Source: Chiloscyllium plagiosum (Eukaryota). Taken from it: a stretch of DNA of 64,000 bases. The notes under the pieces are model-generated. The model was not told the DNA's origin. It saw only the letters and a program-made list of their open reading frames with translations, and searched no databases. Each line of letters starts with the position of its first letter. The first letter of the stretch is position 1. Shown piece after piece: positions 63,843 through 64,000 of the stretch. Made by a program: the position numbers and the translations under genes. The DNA lies in NCBI RefSeq assembly GCF_004010195.1, contig NC_057751.1:10224589-10288588 (forward strand). The letters are read 5' to 3'.

Positions 63843-64000
63843 GTAAGTTTTCTCTTTGCTGGACCTTTTTCATCTTTTCATGTAACAGTTGCAAATTCTG
63901 CCCTTGTTTTCATACATCCGCTGCACTTCTGTTCTAAAATGAATGACAAGTTTAGAACGATCAAGAACAGATTGCACCCCTAATCTTTCATACCATGATC

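Overview
Repeat-rich vertebrate genomic DNA, most likely from a shark. This is inferred from HE1-type V-SINEs, abundant CR1 LINEs and Penelope pLTRs. Reading splice sites by eye gives three genes. (1) The last coding exon of GPAT2 (+, 1993-2106). (2) A complete 7-coding-exon FAHD2A (-, 39614 to 27499; 990 nt, 329 aa), convergent with GPAT2. (3) The first 8 exons of an M17 leucyl-aminopeptidase-like gene of the W07G4.4 type (+, from 45438, running off the window), head-to-head with FAHD2A across a short CpG-rich CCAAT/GC-box promoter. The rest is mostly transposon-derived: a full-length decayed L1 with TSD and 5' YY1 motif, nested CR1s, solo LTRs with TSDs, SINEs, and many Penelope-like pLTRs carrying minimal hammerhead ribozyme motifs. 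These include a sense-strand intronic tandem array with a hammerhead motif every 278 bp next to an assembly gap (58399-58852). Exon coordinates were checked for phase; repeat boundaries are approximate unless a TSD is given. No database searches were run, so gene and family names rest on remembered motifs.
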